DNA of 64,000 bases. Origin: Bacillota bacterium. Lineage in GTDB: Bacteria > Bacillota > Clostridia > Christensenellales > UMGS416. This document shows, piece after piece, positions 33,368-43,095 of the stretch (position 1 is its first letter; each line of letters starts with the position of its first letter). The position numbers and the translations under genes were made by a program. The stretch is from the NCBI GenBank assembly GCA_023435705.1, contig JAEYRH010000005.1:110114-174113 (forward strand). Reading direction: 5' to 3'. The notes beneath the pieces were generated by a model that worked only from the letters and a program-made list of their open reading frames with translations, was not told the origin of the DNA and searched no databases.

Positions 33368-34039
33368 TTACTTCCCGAAGCTGATGGAATCAACAATCTT
33401 CTGAAGCTCGTCCATCTCGGCATCTTCAAGGTAAGTCAGCGTGAACAAGATGGCATAATTGTTTTTCAGAGTGCAGACCAACTGCTGCTTGATCTCCACG
33501 CCTGAATAATCCAGCACGGCATCCACTACAGAGAACTCCGCTCCGGCGATGGTCTTGGTCTGGGCGTCGCTGAAGGTGTATCCCTCCATCGCAGACGCAA
33601 GGTTCTTGATTGCCGCATCCATATAGTCACCGCTGGTCTTGATCACCAGACCCGCAACGCTGAGGTTTTCACAAACCGCATTGATATTTGGGTTGAATCC
33701 GTCCGCATAATCCAGTGGGTGCTTCAATGCGTAAGCAAGATAAAGAGTCTTGGCTTCAGCCAACTTCAGCTTCTTTTCCGTTTCTTCATCATCAGATCCA
33801 ATGGCATCGGCTCCAGCCTGAAAAATTTGCTTCATTTCATCCTTGGTGGCGATCGTCCAACCATCCGGCACCGTAAAGCTCAATCCGAAATATTCGTTGG
33901 TATAGGTGTTGCCCTCAAAGGATCCGGTCGTGATGTTCTTGGCAGTGTCGGTCGTGACGCTCTTGATCACATCGCATCCGGTCAAGGCCAAAACCAGCAT
34001 AATGGAAAGAAGAATGAGGGTCGCGTTGGTTCTTTTCAT
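33368..34039 (-). CDS. hypothetical lipoprotein
   Basis: 223 aa with a lipobox in MKRTNATLILLSIMLVLALTGCD. Confidence 0.6.
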   Translation of the reverse strand: MKRTNATLILLSIMLVLALTGCDVIKSVTTDTAKNITTGSFEGNTYTNEYFGLSFTVPDGWTIATKDEMKQIFQAGADAIGSDDEETEKKLKLAEAKTLYLAYALKHPLDYADGFNPNINAVCENLSVAGLVIKTSGDYMDAAIKNLASAMEGYTFSDAQTKTIAGAEFSVVDAVLDYSGVEIKQQLVCTLKNNYAILFTLTYLEDAEMDELQKIVDSISFGK

Positions 34040-34130
34040 TTGTTACTCCCATCTGATTGTGATATCAAATTATTACCTAATACGATCATACAATACACAA
34101 ATCATCCCGGTCAAGGAAAAGCTGCCCATG

Positions 34131-35315
34131 TCAATTCAAATAGCGCCCTTTGATTCTTTCCAATGCCGCCCCCTCTCCCGCCAGCGCGGCCTCAATATCA
34201 TCCATGCTCCGTGCCTTCAATGGCAAAGGCAGCCTTGCCACCGGCAACTGGGCAAAGAGCATTTTCTCGATCTCACCCTGGGGCAATGCGTCATCGGCAA
34301 GAGCAACCACCGGCAGGCAGCAAGCCTTGTTTGCCACATCGGATTGCACGCTTTTGGATAGCAGAGCCGCCACAAACGCCGCTGCAGCAGCATTTTTTGC
34401 CTCACTCTCAGAGCGCACCACGGAAGCAAACTGCACCGACAGGCAGGGCCGGAGGTCGTTTGGCCAAGGCAAGGCCACATAATCAAATGCCTTGTTTTTG
34501 GCAGCCAAACGGCCCATCAATGCCGTCTCCCATTGGCTGCACAACAAAACAGCGCACCGCCCGGAAGAATAGACTGACCTGGCCTGGTCAATGCTCATGC
34601 GGAAGGCCTTGTCGGGCAGCAGTTTTTTCTCCAGGAGTCCGTCCAGTCCAGCGCCATCCAGCGCCAGTGACTCAAACAGCGGCGACGCGCCACCCATGGC
34701 CAGCACCGGCTTTTTGCGCCGGCCAGTGGCAGCCGACTGAGCGTATGCCAGCAACGTGTCGGCAGTCCATGTTGTGTCATTCACCGGCGGCTCTACGCCA
34801 ACGGCGCGGCCCACCTCATTGTTGATGAGCACCAGCTGCCCACCAGCCATCCAGGGCGCAGCGCGGGAGTCTGCAGAAAAGAGCCTTACAAACGGGCTTG
34901 CCAGCGGCGGCAGAGCGGTGGAATTGAGGTCCAGCAGTAACTCTTCATCGATGCCCGCCCAGCCATCAGGAAAGGAGACCACATCAGGCTGCTCTCCACC
35001 CGCAAGTCGCAGGGCGAACTGCTCTGCCGTCACATTCTCCGCTTCCACAAACACGCCGATGTTGGTTTTCTCAAAGCGCCGGGCAGCTGCTTGCAGCAGG
35101 TTCGTGCGGCTGTAGCTGCCCACCCGCCAGTCGTTCACCTGCCAAACCTTCAGCACACCCTGATAAGGTGATTGCCTGGGGCTCATAAACCTCACCTCGT
35201 CATATGGCTGCAGCTTGCCGGGGAACAGGAACACACCTGCCACAACAATACCGCCCAGCAGCACGGTGAAGAGGATTGGCTTGACGAACTGCCTCCAATG
35301 TTGCATACGGTTCAC
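34131..35315 (-). CDS. membrane-anchored solute-binding-protein-like protein (orphan)
   Basis: 394 aa. SBP-like start VLKVWQVNDW...RRFEKTNIGVFVEAENV...GEQPDVVSFPDGW. No adjacent ABC permease or ATPase. Confidence 0.5.
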   Translation of the reverse strand: MNRMQHWRQFVKPILFTVLLGGIVVAGVFLFPGKLQPYDEVRFMSPRQSPYQGVLKVWQVNDWRVGSYSRTNLLQAAARRFEKTNIGVFVEAENVTAEQFALRLAGGEQPDVVSFPDGWAGIDEELLLDLNSTALPPLASPFVRLFSADSRAAPWMAGGQLVLINNEVGRAVGVEPPVNDTTWTADTLLAYAQSAATGRRKKPVLAMGGASPLFESLALDGAGLDGLLEKKLLPDKAFRMSIDQARSVYSSGRCAVLLCSQWETALMGRLAAKNKAFDYVALPWPNDLRPCLSVQFASVVRSESEAKNAAAAAFVAALLSKSVQSDVANKACCLPVVALADDALPQGEIEKMLFAQLPVARLPLPLKARSMDDIEAALAGEGAALERIKGRYLN

Positions 35316-35353
35316 CCGTATATGTGTATTCAGGATTGGGTGGCAAAAGAATT

Positions 35354-35373
35354 AGCCCCCTGAAAAGGGGGCT
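35354..35373 (-). terminator. probable terminator downstream of citrate synthase
   Basis: Stem agccccc/gggggct with a 6-nt loop, followed on the minus strand by AATTCTTTTG. Confidence 0.5.
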
Positions 35374-35527
35374 TTGCGTATGCTATGTTGAATTTCACAG
35401 GGGGGTGGTACACAGACCTACATAGATTGCAGTACAATGCAATACGGTCCATCACTGTGTTCGAGGGGCCGGTACAGAGCCCGGCCCCTACATTGACCGC
35501 CATGTTCAATCAGTATCGTCTTGCATA

Positions 35528-35548
35528 CTGACTACTGGCTACTGGCTA
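35528..35548 (-). repeat. tandem heptamers (TAGCCAG TAGCCAG TAGTCAG on the minus strand) starting at the gltA stop codon
   Basis: Plus strand reads ctgacta ctggcta ctggcta. The first minus-strand TAG (35548-35546) is the stop codon, and the next two TAGs fall in the +1 and +2 frames. Confidence 0.85.
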
Positions 35549-36910
35549 CTTCCTCTCCCCCATCGCCACATACCCCCGCCGGGCGGAAACACTCTTATAA
35601 GCCGGGCGGATGATCTTGCCGGCGTTCACAATCTCCTCAATTCGATGCGCGCTCCACCCCACGATTCGGGAGATCGCGAAGATCGGTGTGAACAGCTCCT
35701 GAGGGATGCCCAGCATCCGATAGACGAAGCCGGAATAGAAGTCCACATTGGCGCTGACGCCTTTGTAGATCTTGCGCACCCGGCCAATCACCTGCGGGGC
35801 CAGCCGCTCCACCGACGCATACAGGTCAAACTCATCCATGAGGCCCTTTTCTTCAGCCAGCTGGCGCACATACTTTTTGAATATTTCCGCCCTGGGGTCG
35901 GAAAGGGAATAGACCGCATGGCCCATGCCATAAATCAAACCAGCCTGGTCAAAGGCCTCGCGGTTCAAAAGCCTCATCAGGTAATCTTCCACCTGGTTGT
36001 CATCCTTCCAGTCGGAAACGGCCTGTTTCATGTCCTCAAACATCTGCACGACCTTGATGTTTGCCCCGCCATGGCGGGGGCCCTTCAACGACCCGATGGC
36101 AGCAACAATCGCAGAGTAGGTATCAGTGCCGGAGGATGTGACCACATGGGTCACGAAGGACGAGTTGTTGCCACCGCCATGCTCGGCGTGCAGCACCAGC
36201 GCCATGTCCAGCAACTCAGCCTCCAGGCTGGTATAGCTGGAATCGAGCCGCAGCATATGAAGGATGTTTTCCGCAGTGCTCAGATCTTCCCTGGGGCTGT
36301 GGATCACCAGGCTTTGCCCCTTGTGGGCGTGCACAGTGGCCTGATAGGCATACACCGACAGCAGCGGGAAACAGGCGATCAGCTTCAGGCATTGGCGCAG
36401 CACATTGGGCACAGACACATCGTCGGCGTTTCCGTCATAGCTGTAAAGCGCCAACACTGCCCGTGCCAGCGCGTTCATCACGTCATTGCTGGGGGATTTC
36501 AACAGGATGCCGCTCACGAATTCTTCCGGCAGTTTGCGAAGGCCGGCCAGCGTCTGCTGGAATTGCTCCAGCTCCGCCCTGGTGGGCAGGTTGCCGAAAA
36601 GCAGCAAATAGGCCGACTCCTCAAAGCCATAACGGCCGTCGGAAAGAAAGCCGTTCACGATCTCCTCAATGTCAATGCCACGGTAAAACAACCTCCCCGG
36701 AGCAGGCACCAGCTCGCCTTCATCCAAAATGTAGGCATGCACCTCGCCAATCTCGGTCAAGCCCGCCAGCACGCCCTTGCCGCTGATATCCCTGAGGCCA
36801 CGCTTCACCTCATATTTGGTGTATAGCTCCGGGTTGATCCGGCTGCAGGCTGTGGTCTTGTCGGAAAGATCAAAAAGGTATTGATCGTCTACGAAGAAAT
36901 GCGTATTCAT
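35546..36910 (-). CDS. gltA: citrate synthase
   Basis: 454 aa from the ATG at 36910 (RBS AAGGAGGG). Motifs LHAEHGGGNNSSF, GPRHGGAN, GHAVY. Confidence 0.8.
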   Translation of the reverse strand: MNTHFFVDDQYLFDLSDKTTACSRINPELYTKYEVKRGLRDISGKGVLAGLTEIGEVHAYILDEGELVPAPGRLFYRGIDIEEIVNGFLSDGRYGFEESAYLLLFGNLPTRAELEQFQQTLAGLRKLPEEFVSGILLKSPSNDVMNALARAVLALYSYDGNADDVSVPNVLRQCLKLIACFPLLSVYAYQATVHAHKGQSLVIHSPREDLSTAENILHMLRLDSSYTSLEAELLDMALVLHAEHGGGNNSSFVTHVVTSSGTDTYSAIVAAIGSLKGPRHGGANIKVVQMFEDMKQAVSDWKDDNQVEDYLMRLLNREAFDQAGLIYGMGHAVYSLSDPRAEIFKKYVRQLAEEKGLMDEFDLYASVERLAPQVIGRVRKIYKGVSANVDFYSGFVYRMLGIPQELFTPIFAISRIVGWSAHRIEEIVNAGKIIRPAYKSVSARRGYVAMGERK

Positions 36911-37073
36911 GGCACCCTCCTTTGTATGCTTGATGATGATTCTCTTTGATTCAGTATAACAGCGTTTCTGCTGCTTCAATCACAAGAGAAAGACAACAAC
37001 GATCTTTCGCAGAATCGAAGATCGATTGCTGTGGCAATTCATCTGTCTTCTGTGCAATTGCAAAACCCGGCTG

Positions 37074-37937
37074 TTATCTGCCGCCCTGCTCCCGGTCCAT
37101 ATCCCTGTGGCTCACCGTGGCCCGGTAGCCGGCCTTCAGCATTTTCATCTGCAAGGCTTCCGCCAGCACCACCGACCGGTGCATGCCGCCGGTGCAGCCG
37201 ATGGCCACCACCAGTTCGTTCTTTGCCTCCTGCTTATACATCGGGATCAAAAGGAGCAATTGGTCGGTCACGCTGTCGATAAACTTTGCGGTGCCCTCAA
37301 AGGCCATCACATATTCCTTTACCTCGTCATCCTGACCGGTCTTGGGTTTCAGGCGGTCCACATAAAAGGGGTTGGGGATAAAACGCACATCGAACACAAT
37401 ATCGGCGTCGGCGGGGATGCCGCGCTTGAAACCGAAGGTCACAAACGTGATGTGGAACCCGGCAGCGGCTTCGTCAGTAAACACATCCGCCAACCGCTCC
37501 CGAAGCTGTTTGGTCAGCAGCTGGCTGGTGTCAATGACGAAGTTTGCGTTGTCACGGAGGCGGGCAAGCTGCTCCCGCTCGCTGGCAATGGCTTCCGTCA
37601 GGCTCATGTTGCTGGTGGCCAACGGGTGGGACCGGCGGCTTTCCTTGTAGCGCTTCACCAATGTCTCGTCGGTGGCGTCCAGGAAAAGCACCTCATAGCT
37701 CACGCCATAATCCTTCAGGTCATACAGCGCCTTATAAATGTCGCCAAAGAATCGCCCGCCGCGGATGTCGGCACCGATGGCCACCTTTTCCATGTCCTGC
37801 TTGCGGCAAAGGCCAACAAGCGTGCCGATGAGCAGAGGTGGCAAATTGTCCACGCAGAAGAATCCAAGATCCTCCATGGCGCGGATGGCGTAGGATTTGC
37901 CCGCTCCGGAAAGCCCCGTAACCAGCACCAATCTCAT
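37074..37937 (-). CDS. rapZ: RNase adapter protein RapZ (YvcJ)
   Basis: MRLVLVTGLSGAGKSYAIRAMEDLGFFCVDNLPP; 287 aa. Confidence 0.88.
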   Translation of the reverse strand: MRLVLVTGLSGAGKSYAIRAMEDLGFFCVDNLPPLLIGTLVGLCRKQDMEKVAIGADIRGGRFFGDIYKALYDLKDYGVSYEVLFLDATDETLVKRYKESRRSHPLATSNMSLTEAIASEREQLARLRDNANFVIDTSQLLTKQLRERLADVFTDEAAAGFHITFVTFGFKRGIPADADIVFDVRFIPNPFYVDRLKPKTGQDDEVKEYVMAFEGTAKFIDSVTDQLLLLIPMYKQEAKNELVVAIGCTGGMHRSVVLAEALQMKMLKAGYRATVSHRDMDREQGGR

Positions 37938-38716
37938 GTCGCGTCCCTCCCTCGCTTCAGCGTAACGGTCGATACCGAAGAATTCACAATCCGCTCCGGC
38001 GGGATGCCGGCCTGTTTGGCCAGATCCATCGCCAAGGCAAAATCCCCCACCCGTTCTGGGCTGTGGGCATCTGAGCCGATCGAAAAATTGACCCCTCTGT
38101 TAAGCGCAACACGCAACGCGTCGGCGTGCGGCAGGCCATGGGCGCTGTTGATCTCGATGACAGTGCCGGCGGCGGCTGCCGCAGCGGCCAACGGCTCCAT
38201 CAGCACCGGGTAATGATAACCCGGATGGGTGAGCACATCCACGTCATAACGTTGCACCGAAGCAATCAACGCCTCTGTGCAGGACCGAGCAAGCTTTTTC
38301 CTGAGGCTATGGAACACCGTGGAAGCGTTCATCGCCCATTTCACCCGCCATACATAGCCTTGCGATGTGGTGAGCACCATCCGGTGCAGCCCCACGGCCA
38401 GGATATCCAGCAGCGGCAGATACTTATCCGGCACGTCAATGCGGCCATCCATCGAGACCACGTTGGCTTCCACGCCAAGCAGGATCTCAATTTGCCCCTG
38501 GTATTTCCGGTTGAGGCTGTCAATGATGCGGCGCATTTGCAGAAGCTTTTCGCCGGTCATGCCCATAAGAGGCTGAGAAAAGCCATGGTCAGTCAGCGCG
38601 ATCCGGGCAAGCCCCTTCTCCAAAGCCTGGCGCACGTTGCACTCGATGCTGCCGCGCCCATGGCTGTAGTATGTATGTGTATGGTAATCGGCGACAAGCC
38701 GCCAGTCCTCCCCCAA
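37934..38716 (-). CDS. PHP-domain phosphoesterase
   Basis: ADYHTHTYYSHG...IALTDHG and His/Asp-rich PHP motifs. 4-nt overlap with rapZ. Confidence 0.75.
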   Translation of the reverse strand: MGEDWRLVADYHTHTYYSHGRGSIECNVRQALEKGLARIALTDHGFSQPLMGMTGEKLLQMRRIIDSLNRKYQGQIEILLGVEANVVSMDGRIDVPDKYLPLLDILAVGLHRMVLTTSQGYVWRVKWAMNASTVFHSLRKKLARSCTEALIASVQRYDVDVLTHPGYHYPVLMEPLAAAAAAAGTVIEINSAHGLPHADALRVALNRGVNFSIGSDAHSPERVGDFALAMDLAKQAGIPPERIVNSSVSTVTLKRGRDAT

Positions 38717-39634
38717 TTATGCGTCCTCCCCCACCAGCCGAACTTCCATCTCCAACTCCACACCGTAGAGTTCTTTGACGCGGCGCTGCACCTCGCCGGC
38801 CAGCGCGATGATATCGGCAGCGGTGGCTCCCCCGGTGTTCACCAGAAAACCGGCGTGCTTTTCCGACACCTGCGCCCCGCCAACCCGGAAGCCCTTGAGG
38901 CCCGCATCGGCGATGAGTTTGCCGGCAAAATAGCCGCAGGGCCGCTTGAAGAAGCTGCCGGCACTGGGCATCTCCAGCGGCTGCTTTTCACGGCGCATGG
39001 CGGTGTATTGATCCAGCAACTGCTTGGATTGCACGAGGTCACCACGGGCAAGGCCCAATGTCACAGACACGATGACGAGCCCCTCAGCCAGCGCCTTGCT
39101 ATGCCGGTATGAGAACTCCATGCTGTCCTTCGAAAGAGTAAAAAGAGAGCCGTCACGGGCCACTGCCTGCACAGATTGAACGATGTCTTGCATCTCGCCG
39201 CCATAAGCGCCGGCGTTCATCGCCACTGCCCCGCCGATGCTGCCGGGGATGCCGCTGGCAAACTCCATGCCGGTGAGCCCCTGCCGGTATGCCTCCGCCG
39301 CGACCCTGGAAAGCAGCGCGCCGCCCTGGGCGGTCAGGCTGTCGCCTGCTACGGTCACAGCCGCGAACCGGTCGCCCAGCTGCATCACCGCACCACGCAG
39401 GCCGCCATCGCGCACCAGCAGGTTGGAGCCGTTGCCCATGACCATAAGGCGGACAGATTCCTCCCGGCAGACGCGCACAATCTCCGCCACATCCTCCGCT
39501 GCCTCCGGCAGCAGAAAGATGTCGGCCGGGCCGCCTACGCGAAACGTGGTGTGGCGGCTCATCGGCTCATCAGCCAGCACTTTGCCGCTCCCCAGGGTGT
39601 CTGTCAGCCGGCGCAAAGCGGTATCGGTTGCCAT
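38717..39634 (-). CDS. murB: UDP-N-acetylenolpyruvoylglucosamine reductase
   Basis: 305 aa with HTTFRVGGPADIF, GNGSNLL and GGAVAMNAGAYG. Confidence 0.9.
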   Translation of the reverse strand: MATDTALRRLTDTLGSGKVLADEPMSRHTTFRVGGPADIFLLPEAAEDVAEIVRVCREESVRLMVMGNGSNLLVRDGGLRGAVMQLGDRFAAVTVAGDSLTAQGGALLSRVAAEAYRQGLTGMEFASGIPGSIGGAVAMNAGAYGGEMQDIVQSVQAVARDGSLFTLSKDSMEFSYRHSKALAEGLVIVSVTLGLARGDLVQSKQLLDQYTAMRREKQPLEMPSAGSFFKRPCGYFAGKLIADAGLKGFRVGGAQVSEKHAGFLVNTGGATAADIIALAGEVQRRVKELYGVELEMEVRLVGEDA

Positions 39635-39780
39635 CCTTGCCGATCCCTCCCAATTGATTGTTCTATCTTACAGTATATCAACCTAAAACTCAATAAATCC
39701 GTTCTTTGGGCAAAACGGTAAAACACAAAGGGGGCAAGGTCTCCCGTGCCCCCTCATCTATTCCATTGTGTGACTTTACC

Positions 39781-41376
39781 TCACGGATTCATCAGCGGCA
39801 GATACTTCTTTCTGGAAGCCTCATACTTTGTTTTGTGAGCGTTGGCTTGCTTTGTCGCGGCGTTTGCCTTGCTCTTTTCCGCATTGGCTGCCTTTTGCTC
39901 CTTGAGCATCAGTTGGTAGTATTTCTCACACTCGGAACCCCAATAACCATATACATAATAATAGTAATATAACCCTGAGGAGGCATACTCGTCCGCCTTT
40001 TTATTGTGGGCTTTGTAGCTTGCGTTGTGAGAATCCGCTGCAGTTTTGTCATCCTGGCACGCAATCCACTCAGTTAGGAAGCTGGCCCGCTCCTTGCAGC
40101 CGGACACCACCTTGCTTGCGCCGGCTTTCAGTTCATCCGGCAGCGCAGCAGAGAGCGCGGTGATGATGCTTTGGTTCTTCTTGGCCCAATCCTGTGCGGA
40201 GCTTTTGATGCTGGCCGCCTTGGCCGATTTGTTGGCCAGCAGTTTGGTGATCTGTGTGTCAATGCTGGCGGATGTGGCCATCGCGTCTTTGGCGCCTTTC
40301 ACGGCCGATTTGTAGGAAAGCACTGTCTTGGCTTTTGGGCTCATCCCGAGATCATCCAGCGTGCGCCTGCATGCAACATTGACATAATTGGGCTTGTCAT
40401 TCAGATTCTTCAGGTCAGCTTCAAAGCCTTCCAGCTTCGCAATCCACCCGGCATAAGCGGCCAGGTTTTGCAGAAACTTGCCCTTCAGCGTCGCCGTATC
40501 CAGCGAGGCGCAATACTCCTGCAGAGCAATCCGCAACGTGGCGGCCTCAACCAGATAATCGATGCTGGCCTGGATGGTAACCTTGCGGTTGTTAAAACTG
40601 GCCGAAAGGTTCAGGCCATCGGGCGCAATGCCTTTGAAGTTGATGGTGGAAAGCTTGCTCTCCAATGTCTGGCATTGCCCCAGCAGCCCCGTGAACTTTT
40701 GCGAAAGCTCCGAAAGGCCGGTGGCGGTATCAGCCGAAAGCGCGCGGTACTCATCTTGTATCTTCGAATCCTCAAGGAAGAAATCCAGCGCCATGCCGCG
40801 CTGCTGAATGGCTTGGCCAAACGCCTTCCGCTTCTCCTCAAGGGAGCCTGTAAAGGATAATGTCGCAACCTCGCCATCGATTTTGGTGTTACGGCCAGCC
40901 AGATCCTGATAACTCTTGGTGCTGTTTTCATTGAGATCCTTTTCCAGAAGGCTTTTAAGAGCCTTGGAAATGGACTCGTCTTCCGCGATGGTTTCACGCA
41001 GCTTCTTGATCTTTGCCTGGGTGGTTTCCAACCTGGTCTTCAGCGAGGTGATGCCCACAGACTCGTCGGTGGCCTTACCCAGCAGCAAGGGGTATTTATC
41101 ATTGAGCTCCACAATCGCAGCGGATGTTTCATCAAGCTTTTTACCAATGTTATCATAAAGGCCGCATTCGTCGCTGAGAGAAACGCCGGAGTCACCGGTG
41201 CCCTGCTCAAAGCTGCGGTTCAGCGCGGCGATCTCATGTTTGTGCACATCCAGCGCGTCATTGTATTGGCCATTGAAGTAGAAATAGACCGCTGTGGCAC
41301 CTCCGGCCAGCACAAGCCCCGCCAGCACAACGCCGCAAATGATCAGGATCAGGATCAGCCTCTTGTTTTTAGACAT
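39781..41376 (-). CDS. hypothetical membrane-anchored coiled-coil protein
   Basis: 531 aa from the ATG at 41376 (RBS GGAGGA). TM LILILIICGVVLAGLVLAGG, a long helical region, and a Tyr-rich YYYYYVYGYW near the C-terminus. Confidence 0.6.
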   Translation of the reverse strand: MSKNKRLILILIICGVVLAGLVLAGGATAVYFYFNGQYNDALDVHKHEIAALNRSFEQGTGDSGVSLSDECGLYDNIGKKLDETSAAIVELNDKYPLLLGKATDESVGITSLKTRLETTQAKIKKLRETIAEDESISKALKSLLEKDLNENSTKSYQDLAGRNTKIDGEVATLSFTGSLEEKRKAFGQAIQQRGMALDFFLEDSKIQDEYRALSADTATGLSELSQKFTGLLGQCQTLESKLSTINFKGIAPDGLNLSASFNNRKVTIQASIDYLVEAATLRIALQEYCASLDTATLKGKFLQNLAAYAGWIAKLEGFEADLKNLNDKPNYVNVACRRTLDDLGMSPKAKTVLSYKSAVKGAKDAMATSASIDTQITKLLANKSAKAASIKSSAQDWAKKNQSIITALSAALPDELKAGASKVVSGCKERASFLTEWIACQDDKTAADSHNASYKAHNKKADEYASSGLYYYYYVYGYWGSECEKYYQLMLKEQKAANAEKSKANAATKQANAHKTKYEASRKKYLPLMNP

Positions 41377-41561
41377 GATACAATCCTCCAAAATTCTACC
41401 GATACCGTCAGGATTATACAAAACAGCAGTGGTAGATACAAGGTTTTTTTGAGATAAATATCCTGAATTGGGCACAAATGTTTCCATGGCAATGCAGAGC
41501 CAGCCTCCTTGCGCGACCTTTGGGCGCATGCTACAATCATCTCTGGTGACAGGAGAGTTTG

Positions 41562-42842
41562 ATGAAGAACCCGGTTTCAAATTTTTTTAGCGGATTAAAA
41601 ACCTCATTTTCCCATGTGCAAGGCAATGCGCGGGCAGTCGTACTCATGCAGATACTTTGGGCAATACCCTTTAGCATGTACTCCCCATTCCTCACACAAT
41701 ACATGCTGAGCCTGGGGTGCACCAATGCTGAGGTGGGTGTGATCAACGCAGTGGGGATGATCACAGGAGGCGTGATCGGGCTGTTCGCCGGCTGGATTAC
41801 CGACCGGCTGGGGCGGAGGCGCACAAACCTGATCGGCGATTCGCTCTGCTGGGGCACCTACTGCGTGCTGCTGGCCTCGGCGCAGAATTTCGGCTGGTTC
41901 ATCGCCGCCAGCATCGCCAACTCCTTTGTGCGGCTGATCGGCGTGAGTTGGAACTGCACACTGGCGGAAGGCACTCCGCCGGACAAGCGGATCACCGTGT
42001 TCTGGTGGCTGAATGTGATCAACACGCTCTCCGCCTGCTTTACGCCCCTGATGGGCCTGATGGTGGGGAACGGCGACCCGGCGAGGATGGTCGCAGTGAT
42101 GCGGTGGGTGTTCCTCTTCTCCGCAGGGATTCACATGGCTGCGTTCATAATCCGCAACCGCATGCACAAGGAGACGGCAATCGGTATCGAACGCATGCAG
42201 GCTTCCCGAAATGAAAAACCCACTGCGGCGCTGAAAGCTTACGTGCCGATGATCAAGCTGGTTTTAAAAAACCCGGTGCTGCTGCTCTTCATTTCCATTC
42301 GATCGTTGTATTACGTGCAGATGAACTTGAAAGGATCCTTCCAGTCGGTTGCTGTGGTGCAGGGCCTGGGGTTTGAATACAGCATGATCGGTATGATCAG
42401 CCTGGTATCAGGATTGGTGATGTTGCCCACCCAGCTTCTGTTGCTGCCCAGGCTCAGCGCCTGGCCGGCCAACAAGACGCTGGCAATCGGCCTGTCCATC
42501 CTGATGGTGAGCAACCTTCTGCTGGCCCTTTCGCCGGTTGGGAGCACGACCATCCTGATGGTTGCCATTGTTGTGACCGCCGTGGGCACTGTGGCCACCG
42601 GCCTAATGGTGGACAGCGGGATAGCAAACGCCTTGCCAGACGCTGACCGGGCCCCACTGATGGGCCTGATGACGGTGCTTCTGGTGATCTTGTCAGCAAT
42701 ATTCCAGGTGCTGGGTGGCTTTTTGGCAGAGCTGCCGGTAATCGGCCCACGGCTGCCGATGCTGCTTGTGGCAGCGCTGTTTGCAGCAAGCCTTGGCTTG
42801 CTGGCCCTGACTAAAAAGAAAGATCAAACGGCTCAGGCCTAA
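41562..42842 (+). CDS. MFS transporter
   Basis: 12 TM-like segments and MFS motif A GWITDRLGRRRT. Confidence 0.8.
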   Translation: MKNPVSNFFSGLKTSFSHVQGNARAVVLMQILWAIPFSMYSPFLTQYMLSLGCTNAEVGVINAVGMITGGVIGLFAGWITDRLGRRRTNLIGDSLCWGTYCVLLASAQNFGWFIAASIANSFVRLIGVSWNCTLAEGTPPDKRITVFWWLNVINTLSACFTPLMGLMVGNGDPARMVAVMRWVFLFSAGIHMAAFIIRNRMHKETAIGIERMQASRNEKPTAALKAYVPMIKLVLKNPVLLLFISIRSLYYVQMNLKGSFQSVAVVQGLGFEYSMIGMISLVSGLVMLPTQLLLLPRLSAWPANKTLAIGLSILMVSNLLLALSPVGSTTILMVAIVVTAVGTVATGLMVDSGIANALPDADRAPLMGLMTVLLVILSAIFQVLGGFLAELPVIGPRLPMLLVAALFAASLGLLALTKKKDQTAQA

Positions 42843-42870
42843 ATACAAGGCAAATTCAAGCCAGATTACG

Positions 42871-42900
42871 AAGATGCCGCCTTGCGCAAGGCGGCATCTT
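42871..42900 (+). terminator. hairpin after the MFS gene
   Basis: 11-bp stem aagatgccgcc/ggcggcatctt with an 8-nt loop and a weak U-tract. Confidence 0.5.
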
Positions 42901-43042
42901 CATCTATCTGAACCGCCACCGCTCAAGCATTGTGGCGAGGCGGGCGCCCCCGGCGGCGGCCATGTACTATAGTATTCAAGATGGTTATGGCGGGTGCATG
43001 GCATAAAGTATCGGGAATAACCAGAACGAAAATGATACCCAA

Positions 43043-43084
43043 CAGAAGCAACAGGCCGGGCAAATGCCCGGCCTGTTGCTTCTG
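43043..43084 (-). terminator. terminator of dapB
   Basis: 18-bp perfect stem cagaagcaacaggccggg/cccggcctgttgcttctg with a 6-nt loop. It starts inside the heptamer repeat. Confidence 0.65.
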
Positions 43085-43095
43085 ACTACTTACTA
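43082..43095 (-). repeat. tandem heptamers (TAGTAAG TAGTCAG) starting at the dapB stop codon
   Basis: Plus strand reads ctgacta cttacta. The stop TAG is at 43095-43093. Confidence 0.8.
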
